Below, piece by piece: positions 1 through 9,460 of a DNA stretch of 64,000 nt; the stretch's first letter is position 1, and every line of letters begins with the position of its first letter. The notes under the pieces were generated by a model. That model saw only the letters and a program-made list of their open reading frames with translations, searched no databases and was not told where the DNA came from. This DNA comes from an uncultured Gemmatimonadota bacterium (lineage in GTDB: Bacteria > GCA-2686955), in assembly GCA_964490075.1 (NCBI GenBank), contig CAZBBK010000025.1, forward strand, positions 1 to 64,000. The letters are read 5' to 3'. A program made the position numbers and the translations under genes.

Positions 1-3000
1 CCGGCGGGCGGCGAGGGGGCCGGCGAGGCGGCCGGCGACGCGCCGGCGCTGCGCTTCGTGCTGTGGCGCAAGGGCCGCGACCTGGTGGTGGAGATCCAGG
101 AGACGCGCGGGGCGGCGGTGCGCAATCTGGGCCGGCTGCTGGAGGCGGCGCGCTTGTCGGCGGCGGGCGCGCCGGGGGGGAGCACACGCTACCGGCGCAG
201 CGGCAGCCACGGCGAGACCCCCTTTCGGTCGGCCGACCAGACACTGCTGCAGCTTCTCGCGCGCTTCGGGCGGCGAGCGGCGGGGGGACCGCGGATCACG
301 GTCGATCCCGACCGGGCGGCGGAGCTGCTCGGTCTCTTGATCGAAGCCGACGACGCGATCGGCCCGCTGGGCGAGCGGCTGCGGCGCATCGAGCCGGCGC
401 CGCGGTTGCGGCTCACGCTGGCACCGAGCCGCCCCGGCCGGTCGCGGATGAAGGCGCTGTGGCTGGTGCCGGGGCTGCCGGTGCGCTCCGACGAGCCGGT
501 CCGGGTGCTCGCCTACCCGGGCCGCGAGGGAGATGCCCCCGGCTACCTGCTGGCGGGCGACCTGGTGGGCGAGCTGCCGCGCGGCACCATTCAGCTGGCG
601 GCGCAGATTCCGGCGGCGGGGCTGGAGCTGCCCGACAAAGAGCTGGGCCGGCGCCTGGAGGGGCTGCGCGGGCACCCGCTGCCGGCGGCGGTGGTGGTGG
701 AGAGCAGTGCCGAGTCGGTCCACCGGATCGCGAAGCCGCGGGCGCCGGCGGCGATTCTGAAGCTCGCGGGGCAGGGCGAGCGGGTCGCCGCCGCGCTGCA
801 CTTCGACTACGGCGGGGCGCGCACCGGGGCGGCTCCCGAGGCGCTGGAGCTGGCGGCGCGGCGCGCGGCGCCGGGCGGGGTGCGCGCTACCGGCGAGGAG
901 GCGCGCGCCGCACTGATCCGGGGCGCCTCCACGCGCTTCGCCCGGCTGCCGCGGGGCGGCCACAGCGAGTGGATCGCGCGCGATCCTGCGGCCGAGCTGG
1001 AGGCGCTGCTGGCGGTGGTCGAGGGCGGATTGATGGTCGGTCCCGGGGGGATTCTGGTCTGCCCCGAGGCGGTGGCGATCGAGCTCGCGGCGGCCGGGGC
1101 GGGGCCGTGGCGCGGATGCCGGATCGAGGGGGCGGCGGCGGTGGCCGACTACGTCTTGTGCGACGACCCGGTGGAGCTGGAGCTGCGGATCGCGGCCGCT
1201 GGGGAGCGGGGCGCGGGAGGCGCGAGCGGGCCGGGCGCGGCGGGCGGAGGGGGGGCCGCCGGCTGGTTCGAGATCGAGCTAGCCGCGGCCGCCGGCGACC
1301 AGCGCATCGATCCCGAGCTGCTGCTGGAGATGCTGGCCACGGGACGGGAGTACGTGCGGCTGCCGCGCGGAGGACGGGCGCGCCTGCCGGTCGCCGAGAT
1401 GCGGCGCCTGCAGGATCTGCTCGAGACCGCCGGGGCCGCGCCCTCCGACGAGGGCGGCGGGCTGCGCGCCCGGAACACCGGCCTGGGGGCGATGCGGCGG
1501 GCGCAGGAGGACGGCATCGGGGTGCGCATCGACGACCCGGAGCTGCGGCGGATGGCGCAGGGTCTGGCGCGGGCGGGGACCGGGCTCGCGGGCAGCGCGC
1601 ATCGTGCGGCGTGGACCAAATCGCTGCCCGAGCTGGCGCCGCCGGAGGGGCTGCGGGCGACGCTGCGCGCCTACCAACGGGAGGGCTACCGCTGGCTTTC
1701 GTTCCTGAGCGAGCATCGGCTCGGCGGGGTGCTGGCCGACGATATGGGACTGGGGAAGACGGTGCAGACGCTGGCCCTGCTGCAGCAGCTGCGGGCGAGC
1801 CGCGGCCCCGGTCCGAATCTGGTGATCGCCCCTTCGTCGGTGGTGCTCGGCTGGGCCGACGAGGCGGCGCGCTTCACGCCCGAGCTGAAGGTGCTGGTGC
1901 TCACCGGCCCGCGCCGCTGGCAGGGCGATCCCGACCTCGCCGCCTTCGACCTGGTGCTCACCAGCTACGCCCTGCTGCGCCGCGACAGCGCCCGCCTGGC
2001 GCTCAACCCCTGGCGGGTGGTGGTCTTCGACGAGGCACAGTTCCTCAAGAACCTGGCGACCCGGTCGGCCGCCGCCGCCCGCGTGCTGCGCGCCGAGGCC
2101 CGCTTCGCCCTCTCCGGCACCCCGATCGAGAACCGGCTGCGCGAGCTCTTCGCGGTCTACGACCTGGTGCTGCCCGGCATGCTCGGCTCGGAGGAGGAGT
2201 TCCGCGACCACTTCGAGCGCCCGATCGACGAGGGCGGCGAGCCGGCGGCGCGCGCCGCCACGCTGCTGCACGGTCGGATCCGTCCCTACCTGGTGCGGCG
2301 GCTGAAGTCCGAGGTGCTCGCCGAGCTGCCGCAGCGCACCGAGGTGGAGCTGCCGGTGGCGCTGCTGCCCGGGCAGGCCCGGCTCTACACCGAGGTGCTG
2401 CACGCGGTGCGCGGCGAGCTCTTCGAGCGGGTCGATCGCGACGGCCTCGGCCGCTCGACGATCCACGTGCTGGCGGCCCTCACCCGGCTGCGCCAGATCG
2501 CCTGCGATCCACGGCTCTTGGCCGCCAAGGTGCCCGCCGAGCTGCTCGGGTCGGCGAAGCTGCAGCTCCTGAAAGGGATGCTGCCGGAGCTGGTATCGGA
2601 GGGTCACGCGGCGCTGATCTTCAGCCAGTTCACCAAGTTCCTCGACCACGTCGAGGAGATGCTCGCGGAGCTGGGGCTCGATTCGATCCGCCTCGACGGC
2701 TCCACGCCGGGGCCCAAGCGGGCGGAGCTGGTCAAGGCCTTCCAGGCGCCGGAGGGCCCTCCCCTCTTCCTGATCAGCCTGCGGGCCGGCGGCACCGGTC
2801 TGAACCTGACCCGCGCAGACTACGTGTTCCACCTCGATCCCTGGTGGAACCCGGCGGTCGAGGACCAGGCGACCGACCGCGCCCATCGCATCGGTCAGAG
2901 CCGCCCGGTGGTCGCCTACCGCCTGGTGGCCAGCGGCACGGTGGAGTCCCGCATCCGGCTGATGCAGGAGCGCAAGCGCGATCTGGCCGCCGCGGTGCTC

Positions 3001-3066
3001 GGGGGGGAGGAGGGCCGGGCGGCGGATTTGAGTCGGGAGGATTTGGAGTTGTTGTTGGGGGAGTGA
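1..3066 (+). CDS. SNF2/SWI2-family DEAD/DEAH-box helicase, 5'-partial
   Basis: Frame is open from base 1. Motifs LRAYQREG, LADDMGLGKT, DEAQ, LSGTPIEN, LIFSQF, GGTGLNL and DRAHRIGQ are present. Confidence 0.93.
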   Translation, partial: PAGGEGAGEAAGDAPALRFVLWRKGRDLVVEIQETRGAAVRNLGRLLEAARLSAAGAPGGSTRYRRSGSHGETPFRSADQTLLQLLARFGRRAAGGPRITVDPDRAAELLGLLIEADDAIGPLGERLRRIEPAPRLRLTLAPSRPGRSRMKALWLVPGLPVRSDEPVRVLAYPGREGDAPGYLLAGDLVGELPRGTIQLAAQIPAAGLELPDKELGRRLEGLRGHPLPAAVVVESSAESVHRIAKPRAPAAILKLAGQGERVAAALHFDYGGARTGAAPEALELAARRAAPGGVRATGEEARAALIRGASTRFARLPRGGHSEWIARDPAAELEALLAVVEGGLMVGPGGILVCPEAVAIELAAAGAGPWRGCRIEGAAAVADYVLCDDPVELELRIAAAGERGAGGASGPGAAGGGGAAGWFEIELAAAAGDQRIDPELLLEMLATGREYVRLPRGGRARLPVAEMRRLQDLLETAGAAPSDEGGGLRARNTGLGAMRRAQEDGIGVRIDDPELRRMAQGLARAGTGLAGSAHRAAWTKSLPELAPPEGLRATLRAYQREGYRWLSFLSEHRLGGVLADDMGLGKTVQTLALLQQLRASRGPGPNLVIAPSSVVLGWADEAARFTPELKVLVLTGPRRWQGDPDLAAFDLVLTSYALLRRDSARLALNPWRVVVFDEAQFLKNLATRSAAAARVLRAEARFALSGTPIENRLRELFAVYDLVLPGMLGSEEEFRDHFERPIDEGGEPAARAATLLHGRIRPYLVRRLKSEVLAELPQRTEVELPVALLPGQARLYTEVLHAVRGELFERVDRDGLGRSTIHVLAALTRLRQIACDPRLLAAKVPAELLGSAKLQLLKGMLPELVSEGHAALIFSQFTKFLDHVEEMLAELGLDSIRLDGSTPGPKRAELVKAFQAPEGPPLFLISLRAGGTGLNLTRADYVFHLDPWWNPAVEDQATDRAHRIGQSRPVVAYRLVASGTVESRIRLMQERKRDLAAAVLGGEEGRAADLSREDLELLLGE

Positions 3067-3139
3067 GGGGGGTCGCAGCTGTGTGGCGTGATCGGGGGTG
3101 CGCGCGGGGTCACGGGAGATCGAGATCCGGGGGTCCCGG

Positions 3140-3494
3140 CACAAAGCCCAACTCCGCGCCCGGAACCGCGAGTCATGACGCCTTTTCGCGACACAACTCA
3201 CCACTCTCGATCGAGAGTGCGGAGCTACGACCGTATATCCGCCACAATTCGCCGCTCTTGGCGAAGAACCCGGAGCCATGACCGTATTCGCGTCGTACCT
3301 CACGACTCTCGATCGAGAGTGGCGAAATGTGACCAGAATCTGGCCGCAACCTCCAACTCCTCGATCGGAGTCGCGAGTTGCGACCGAATTCCGGCCCTGA
3401 TGCTACGACGCCGGGACGGGGCGGATGCGGGGGGGGGAGCGGTCGCAACCGAGGACTCCGGCTGCGGAGACGCGAATTGTGACCGAAGTCCGGC
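3140..3494. repeat. Degenerate 51-bp tandem palindromic repeat array (REP/BIME-like)
   Basis: Units start at ~3140, 3192, 3243, 3294, 3345 and, after a gap, ~3444. The core palindrome ACTCTCGATCGAGAGT occurs twice. The array lies between convergent genes. Confidence 0.75.
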
Positions 3495-3694
3495 GCCTGC
3501 TCGCAACTCCGAATTCTGCCGTGCGTCCTCCTGACATCGTTGCGGCTGCTGGACGGAATCGGGTGAGACCCCGGGTCGGAATGTCGGTGCGCAGGAGGCT
3601 GGAGCGGGGCGAAGGGAATGGGCGGCACGGGCGAAGGCGCGTGACGCCGGCGGCGGCCTGAACCGGCTCAGGCGCGCCGAGCCTGGCCACGCCC

Positions 3695-4734
3695 CTACAG
3701 AAGATCGAGCGGGCTGTCTACCGCCGGGGCGATCGTCGCCATCACATGGGTGTAGATCATGGTCGTCTCGACGCTTCGGTGGCCCAGGAGGCTCTGGATG
3801 CTGCGGATGTCGACGCCTTTCAGGAGGAGGTGGGTGGCGAACGAGTGGCGAAGACTATGAACGGTGGCCGGTTTGCCTATGCCTGCCCGTCGCACCGCCG
3901 CTTTCATCGCCTTCTGCACGGTTGTGGGCGAGGCGTGCCAGCGGCTGTGACCGAGCGGGCGTCGAGATCCAGGTCTTTGACACGCAGCTGCACTAGCTCC
4001 CCGAGTCGCAATCCGCCGCCGTAGAGCAGTTCGAGCATCAGCCGCGAGACGCCTCGGAGCTCGGCGAGAACCGCCCGGGTCTCGTCCAGAGAGAGAACGA
4101 CGGGCAGCTTGCGACCCTGCCTCGCCCGCAAGGTCTGCGTCATGTCGTGGAGCTCGACCCTGAAGACGTTGCGGTAGAGGAATAGCAGGGCGCTGAAGGC
4201 CTGGTTCTGGGTGGAAGCGGCGACGTTGCTGCGGGTGGCGAGGTGGCTCGAGTAGGCCTTGGCGTCGGCGCTGCATGGGAGCGCCGCCCGCCTCGGATCG
4301 ATGTACTCTAGGAATCGCGCCGCCCAGCCCAGGTAGCTCCGGGTGGTGCTCCGGGCGTAGTGCTCGAGACCCAGGAGGCGACGCATTTCCCGCAGGGCAG
4401 CCTCGGGCTCGTAGGCCGCCGCTCCGCTCCGCTCAACGACGCGCGCAGCGCTCTTCTCCTCCGCCACGGAAAGGAACTGGGTGAAGTAGAGGACAATCGC
4501 GTCGCCCGCCTGCCGGCTCTGCCAGTCGGGCGCCCCATCGCGATCCAGATATTCCACGTAGACATCCAGCGCAGTCTTCCACGGCGTTGCCGGCATCCTC
4601 GCCTGGAACGCCAAGAAGCGATCCACCCAGCGAACGAAGTAGGGGACTCGATTGGCGGGTGCCAGGCGTCGCTTTCGCAGCCATGCGCCGTACTCCGGCA
4701 GTCGCGCATCGCACGGCCGTGAGTCGCCATGCAC
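3695..4734 (-). pseudogene. intI: Integron integrase (long N-terminal form), internally deleted and frameshifted
   Basis: The 3904-4734 frame has [29 protein letters not shown] and [11 protein letters not shown]...LRVKDLD. The 3695 frame has [18 protein letters not shown] and LLGH...TTMIYTHV. The GKG-x-KDR segment and the IntI-specific insert are missing at the junction ~3945. Confidence 0.9.
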
Positions 4735-4910
4735 CGACTCCGGACCGGTCCGCGCAGGTTCGCCGCGGATCAGTGACTGATCGCCTCGGGGGCGACTCTT
4801 GACCCACGTGGCGGTTGTGCCGCGCGGCGGCTACTCCACCCAACGTCCGCGAAGCGGACACCACATCCTGCTATGCCACCGACGATTCCAACATCAAACC
4901 GCAAAAAGTC

Positions 4911-5789
4911 ATGTTCCCGGGGAACCAGTACAAGCGGATCCACACGGTCCGTGAAGCACGACAGGGGCTCGCGGCGAAGCTCGCTCTGAGCTCGGCTGAT
5001 CTGGCGGATCTACTTCCCAGCGGTAGGCAGACGAAGTTCACAAATCGCGTAGCGTGGGCGAAGGTCTATTTACAGCGAGCAGGGCCGTTGGCCTCACCAA
5101 GGAGGGGTAGTCTCCAAATCACGGCGCGCGGCATTGAGGTTCTTGGGGAGGGGCGCACATCGATTGACGTGAGCTACCTCCAGAAATTTCCGGAGTTCGT
5201 CGCGTTCACGAAGCGGAAGAACTCGAAGGGCCCTGGGAAACAGATCGTGGAGCAAGATCACGTTGCACCCGCGACACCGCAAGAGCAGTTGGAGAATGCC
5301 TGCCAGCAGATCACCGCAGATCTCGCTCACCAACTACTGGAACGCGTCCTCGACAATCCGCCGGAGTTCTTCGAGCAGCTTGTCATCGATCTCCTCCTGG
5401 CGATGGGGTATGGCGGCTCGCGAGAGGCCGCGGGACGCGCAATCGGCAAGTCTGGCGACGAGGGCATTGACGGCGTCGTTCAGGAAGATCGGCTCGGACT
5501 CGATCTCATCTATCTCCAAGCCAAACGGTGGAAGGGAGTTGTAGGAAGGCCAGAACTCCAGCGCTTCGTTGGAGCACTTCACGGAAAGCGCGCGCGCCGA
5601 GGCGTGTTCATCACAACCGGCACGTTCTCCTCAGGTGCCAGCGAGTATGCGAAATCGATCGAAGCGAACGTAGTGCTCATTGACGGGGTAGAACTCGCGG
5701 AGCTCATGATCGAGTATGATGTTGGTGTCACTACTCGCCAAGTTCACAAAGTAAAGGCGCTGGACGCTGACTACTTTGAGGAGACATAG
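4911..5789 (+). CDS. mrr: Mrr-family type IV (modification-dependent) restriction endonuclease; start uncertain
   Basis: Mrr_N motif LLPSGRQTKFTNRVAWAKVYL; catalytic region FFEQLVIDLL..MGYGGS, DEGIDG, YLQAKRW and GVFITT. Confidence 0.88.
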   Translation: MFPGNQYKRIHTVREARQGLAAKLALSSADLADLLPSGRQTKFTNRVAWAKVYLQRAGPLASPRRGSLQITARGIEVLGEGRTSIDVSYLQKFPEFVAFTKRKNSKGPGKQIVEQDHVAPATPQEQLENACQQITADLAHQLLERVLDNPPEFFEQLVIDLLLAMGYGGSREAAGRAIGKSGDEGIDGVVQEDRLGLDLIYLQAKRWKGVVGRPELQRFVGALHGKRARRGVFITTGTFSSGASEYAKSIEANVVLIDGVELAELMIEYDVGVTTRQVHKVKALDADYFEET

Positions 5790-5905
5790 CACGCAGAGCA
5801 AGGCGTCAATCCGAGCGTGCAATGAGCCACAGGCGATGGCCAAAAAAGGCAGGATCGGCGGTCGGAGACGGTGGCCCCAGCCACAGAATAGAATGGGCGC
5901 TTCGC

Positions 5906-6829
5906 GTGGAACAAAACGAGCATGAACTCAGGATTCGCTTGGCCGCCTTCACCTTCCTGGATGAGGCGACGCAACGCCACGGCGAGGTGCTCGAGTGGCG
6001 ATTGCTGGCGACCGGATTTCAGTATCTTGGCACCAGAGTATGCCTTATTGGTCAGTCCGGCATCTGGAAGCCAAAACAGATGACTGTTCCTCTGACCATC
6101 AGGACTGCGCCGATCACTGCGGGTCGATCAAGGCCCTACGAAGACAGTATGGATGCCAGTGGATTCCTTGTCTATAAGTACAGAGGAACTAACGCAGAAC
6201 ATCGCGACAATGTCGGGCTGCGCGAGACAATGATCCGCCGCCTCCCTCTCATCTATATGTTCGGGGTATCCAAAGGCAACTATCTTCCCGTGTGGCCCGT
6301 CTATATCGTTTCTGATGACACGTCACATCTGGAGTTCCGAGTAGCAGTGGACGAGAACCGGACCAGAGAAGATCAGCGACAGCAGGATACGCCAGGCATT
6401 GCTGAGGCGCGACGAGCTTACGTAACACAGATAACACGACGGAGGATTCACCAGGCGACGTTTCGAGACAAAGTCATGCGTGCGTATCGGGGCCACTGCG
6501 CAATGTGTCGGCTAAAGCATGAAGAACTGCTTGATGCGGCACACATTGTGCCCGATTCACATCCGCTAGGCGAACCAGTGGTCGCAAATGGTGTGGCCTT
6601 ATGCAAGCTGCATCACGCAGCCTTCGACCGTCACATCGTGGGGATCAGACCGGACCTTGTGCTCGAAGTTCGCCGCGATATCTTGCTTGAGCACGACGGA
6701 CCGATGCTACGGCACGGGCTTCAAGAGCTGGATGGCCTCAAGCTCCCAGTCGTGCCGAGAAGAGCTGACACGCGACCTGGGCAGGAGTTTCTTGAGCTAA
6801 GATATGGGAAGTTCAGGCGGGCGAGCTAG
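5906..6829 (+). CDS. HNH endonuclease with SRA/PUA-like N-terminal domain (putative type IV restriction enzyme)
   Basis: C-terminal CAMC...AAHI...NGVALCKLHHAAFD. N-terminal PYED..YKYRG..DNVGL..PLIY resembles SRA-HNH. GTG start at 5906. Confidence 0.8.
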   Translation: MEQNEHELRIRLAAFTFLDEATQRHGEVLEWRLLATGFQYLGTRVCLIGQSGIWKPKQMTVPLTIRTAPITAGRSRPYEDSMDASGFLVYKYRGTNAEHRDNVGLRETMIRRLPLIYMFGVSKGNYLPVWPVYIVSDDTSHLEFRVAVDENRTREDQRQQDTPGIAEARRAYVTQITRRRIHQATFRDKVMRAYRGHCAMCRLKHEELLDAAHIVPDSHPLGEPVVANGVALCKLHHAAFDRHIVGIRPDLVLEVRRDILLEHDGPMLRHGLQELDGLKLPVVPRRADTRPGQEFLELRYGKFRRAS

Positions 6830-6859
6830 GATGGTGCGATACAACCAGCAGGCTGCCGA

Positions 6860-7721
6860 ATCGGGTAGCCGGGGGTTTTTCTCCCCCGGCCCCCACACCA
6901 CCCCGCGTGCGGGTCCGCACGGGGCGGTTCACCGTAGATGAGCAGATTTGATCCAGAGGTCTCGGATGGAGACCAGGCCATGTTTGGCGAGATAGCGGTC
7001 GGAGAGGGCGACATGGATCGCGTAGTTGCGAGACGTATGCCACGGTCCTTTCGAGCTGAGGCCCGTCAGGATCGCCCATTTCTTGCTCACGCCGAGCGCG
7101 AGTAGTCGTTGGATCCGGGTGTATCGTTTGCGCCATATTTTCCAGTAGCACATGCGGATGCGCCTTCGGAGTTCCACGGTGTTCGGTCCTTCGTCATGTC
7201 CCCCCCATTGCGGAGGGCGCGGCTACTATGACCGATGCTGACTTCTGTCCGCTCACGACGGCCGTCGCCGGTCGCCGCGCTGATCGGCTGGCTGTAGGGT
7301 TCGGTGGCAGATCCACGGCTTTCGACGCGGGCCTCAATCCGACTCCCATGGCCGGGGCGGTAGGGTCCGGTGGCGATTCCGCGCCTTTCGACGCAGCCCT
7401 CAGTCCGGCTCCCCTGACACTGGCCGATCCGCCTCACGGGCAGATCTCCCCGGATAAGAGCGTGCGCTTTCCCCGCACAACCGCGCCGTTTACCCTGTCC
7501 CGCGGATCGGTGGGCTTCTCCATCCTGTGCTGGGTCGCCCCTGGGACTGGGCCTTCTACGACGTTTCTGTTCGTCGGCTCGCGGGTTTGCTCCGGGCTTC
7601 CTTCAGACCCCGCCTCGCGGCGACGCCCTTGCCCTTCGCTAATGGTTATAGATGCTCGCACATCTTCGATCCTTCCATAGGGGACTTTCACCCCATAAGC
7701 TCACGCCCATGCCGGGCGTAC
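6860..7721 (-). mobile_element. Group IIC (attC-targeting) intron, 862 nt, RT domain deleted
   Basis: 5' end GTACGCCCGGCATGGG; DV GAACCGCCCCGTGCGGACCCGCACGCGGGGTGGTGTGGGGG; DVI/3' end GGCTACCCGAT. Inserted at TTGT/T on the attC bottom strand. Confidence 0.9.
6929..7198 (-). pseudogene. Remnant of the intron-encoded protein (maturase/thumb C-terminus only)
   Basis: RRRIRMCYWKIWRK...LLALGV...SSKGPW...ALS..L...GLVS. No YADD/RT core. Confidence 0.8.
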
Positions 7722-7846
7722 ACAATCACATGCACTCGGACAGCAAAAAGCGGCGCGGCTTCCGCTACGCTCCAGCCACACCGCTTTTTGCCGCCGGTGA
7801 TGTTAAGCGTTAGGCGCACAAGGACGCCGCGCAGGCGACTCCGGAT

Positions 7847-9460
7847 GTGAGGAAGCGATTGGCCAAGACCACGAAGAACCGGAAACCGAAGGACGAAACC
7901 GCGGCCAATGTCGGCTACGAGGCCGAACTCTGGCAGATGGCCGATGCGCTGCGCGGATCGATGGACGCGGCCGAGTACAAGCACGTCGTCCTGGGGCTCA
8001 TCTTCCTCAAGTACATCTCGGACGCCTTCGAGGAGGTCCACTCCCGGCTCGAGGCCGAGCGTGGCGAGGGCGCCGACCCGGAGGACCCGGACGAGTACCG
8101 CGCGCTGAACATCTTCTGGGTGCCACCCGAGGCGCGCTGGACGCATCTTAGAAACCAAGCCAGGCAGCCCACCGTCGGCCAGGCAGTCGACGACGCCATG
8201 GCGGCCATCGAGCGCGACAACCCGCAGCTCAAGGACGTGCTGCCCAAGGACTACGCCCGCCCGGCGCTCGACAAGACGCGCCTGGGCTTGGCTCTCGACC
8301 TCGTGACCAACATCCGCGTGGGCGACGAGGAGGCGCGCTCGAAGGACGTGCTCGGCCGCGTGTACGAGTACTTTCTCTCCCAGTTCGCCAGCGCCGAGGG
8401 CAAGAAGGGCGGCGAGTTCTACACCCCGCGCTGCGTGGTCAAGCTCCTGGTCGAGATGCTCGAGCCATACCAGGGCCGGGTCTACGACCCCTGCTGCGGT
8501 TCCTCGGGCATGTTCGTGCAGTCGGTGGAGTTCATCCGCGCGCATGCGACCGGCAACGGCAACGGCAACGGCGCCAAGGCCCCGCGAGGCAAAAAGGCCG
8601 ACATCTCGATCTACGGCCAGGAGTCGAACTACACCACTTGGCGGTTGGCCAGGATGAACCTCGCCATCCGCGGCATCGAGGGCCAGATCGCCCACGGCGA
8701 CACCTTCCACAACGATCGCCACCCCGACCTCAGGGCCGACTTCATCCTCGCCAACCCACCCTTCAACGTGAGCGACTGGGGCGGCGAGCGCCTGCGGGAA
8801 GACCAGCGCTGGAAGTACGGCGTCCCGCCCAAGGGCAACGCCAACTTCGCCTGGGTGCAGCACATGGTCCACCACCTGGCGCCCGCTGGGACGGCGGGCT
8901 TCGTGCTGGCCAACGGGTAGATGAGTTCGAACCAGTCCGGCGAAGGCGAGATCCGCAAGCAACTCGTCGATGCGGACCTCGTGGACTGCATGGTGGCCCT
9001 TCCCGGCCAGCTCTTCTACTCGACCCAGATCCCGGCTTGCCTGTGGTTTCTGGCCCGCGACCGCAAGGACGGCAGGTTCCGGGATCGCCGCGGCGAGGTG
9101 CTCTTTCTCGACGCCCGCAAGCTCGGCCGCATGGTGGACCGCACCCACCGCGAGTTGACCGGCGAGGACATCGAGAGGATCGCCCGCACCTACCACGCCT
9201 GGCGCGGCGAGAAAGACGCCGGCGAGTACGAGAACGTGCCCGGCTTTTGCAGGAGCGCCACGCTGGAGGAGATCCGCAAGCACGGCCACATGCTCACGCC
9301 GGGGCGCTACGTCGGCGCCGAGGCGCAGGAGGACGACGGCGAGCCGTTCGAGGTGAAGATGGGGCGGCTCGTCGTGACGCTGCGCGAGCAGCAGACCAAG
9401 GCAGCGCAGCTGGATGCCGCCATCGCCGCCAATCTGAAGGGGCTCGGGTATGGGCGGTGA
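7847..9460 (+). pseudogene. hsdM: Type I R-M methyltransferase HsdM, split by an in-frame TAG at 8918-8920
   Basis: [25 protein letters not shown] and NPPF are present. The conserved LANGSMSS reads LANG*MSS, and the frame continues to LTPGRYVG. Confidence 0.92.

Larger units (their letters stand above)
6855..7815 (+). other. attC: attC recombination site (99 bp when rejoined), interrupted by a group II intron
   Basis: Joining 6855-6859 to 7722-7815 gives R'' GCCGAAC and R' GTTAGGC. L'' ACAT(G)CAC(T)CGG, with two extrahelical bases, pairs with L' CCGGTGATGT. The inner stem is GCAAAAAGCGG/CCGCTTTTTGC. Confidence 0.9.

Noticed and set aside
63-3281. 1072-aa alternative-frame ORF over the SNF2 gene
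   Set aside because: Low-complexity Arg/Gly/Ala shadow ORF typical of high-GC DNA, with no motifs.
3140-3494. CRISPR array interpretation of the 51-bp repeats (also 50401-50615)
   Set aside because: There is no constant repeat plus unique spacer structure. The whole unit is degenerate-repetitive and no cas genes are present.
4735-4910. attI site, Pc promoter or LexA box upstream of intI
   Set aside because: Expected here, but no convincing GTTRRRY core with L box and no recognisable SOS box could be identified by eye.
5790-5905. attC between mrr and the HNH gene
   Set aside because: No RYYYAAC/GTTRRRY pair or suitable inverted repeat.
6860-7721. Retron or DGR reverse-transcriptase system
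   Set aside because: No RT core is present, and the RNA ends and maturase tail are those of a group II intron.
8918-8920. Programmed amber readthrough (pyrrolysine or alternative genetic code) in hsdM
   Set aside because: TAG ends several genes normally in this window (for example mrr and the HNH gene), and the position is a conserved Ser. A point mutation or sequencing error is simpler.
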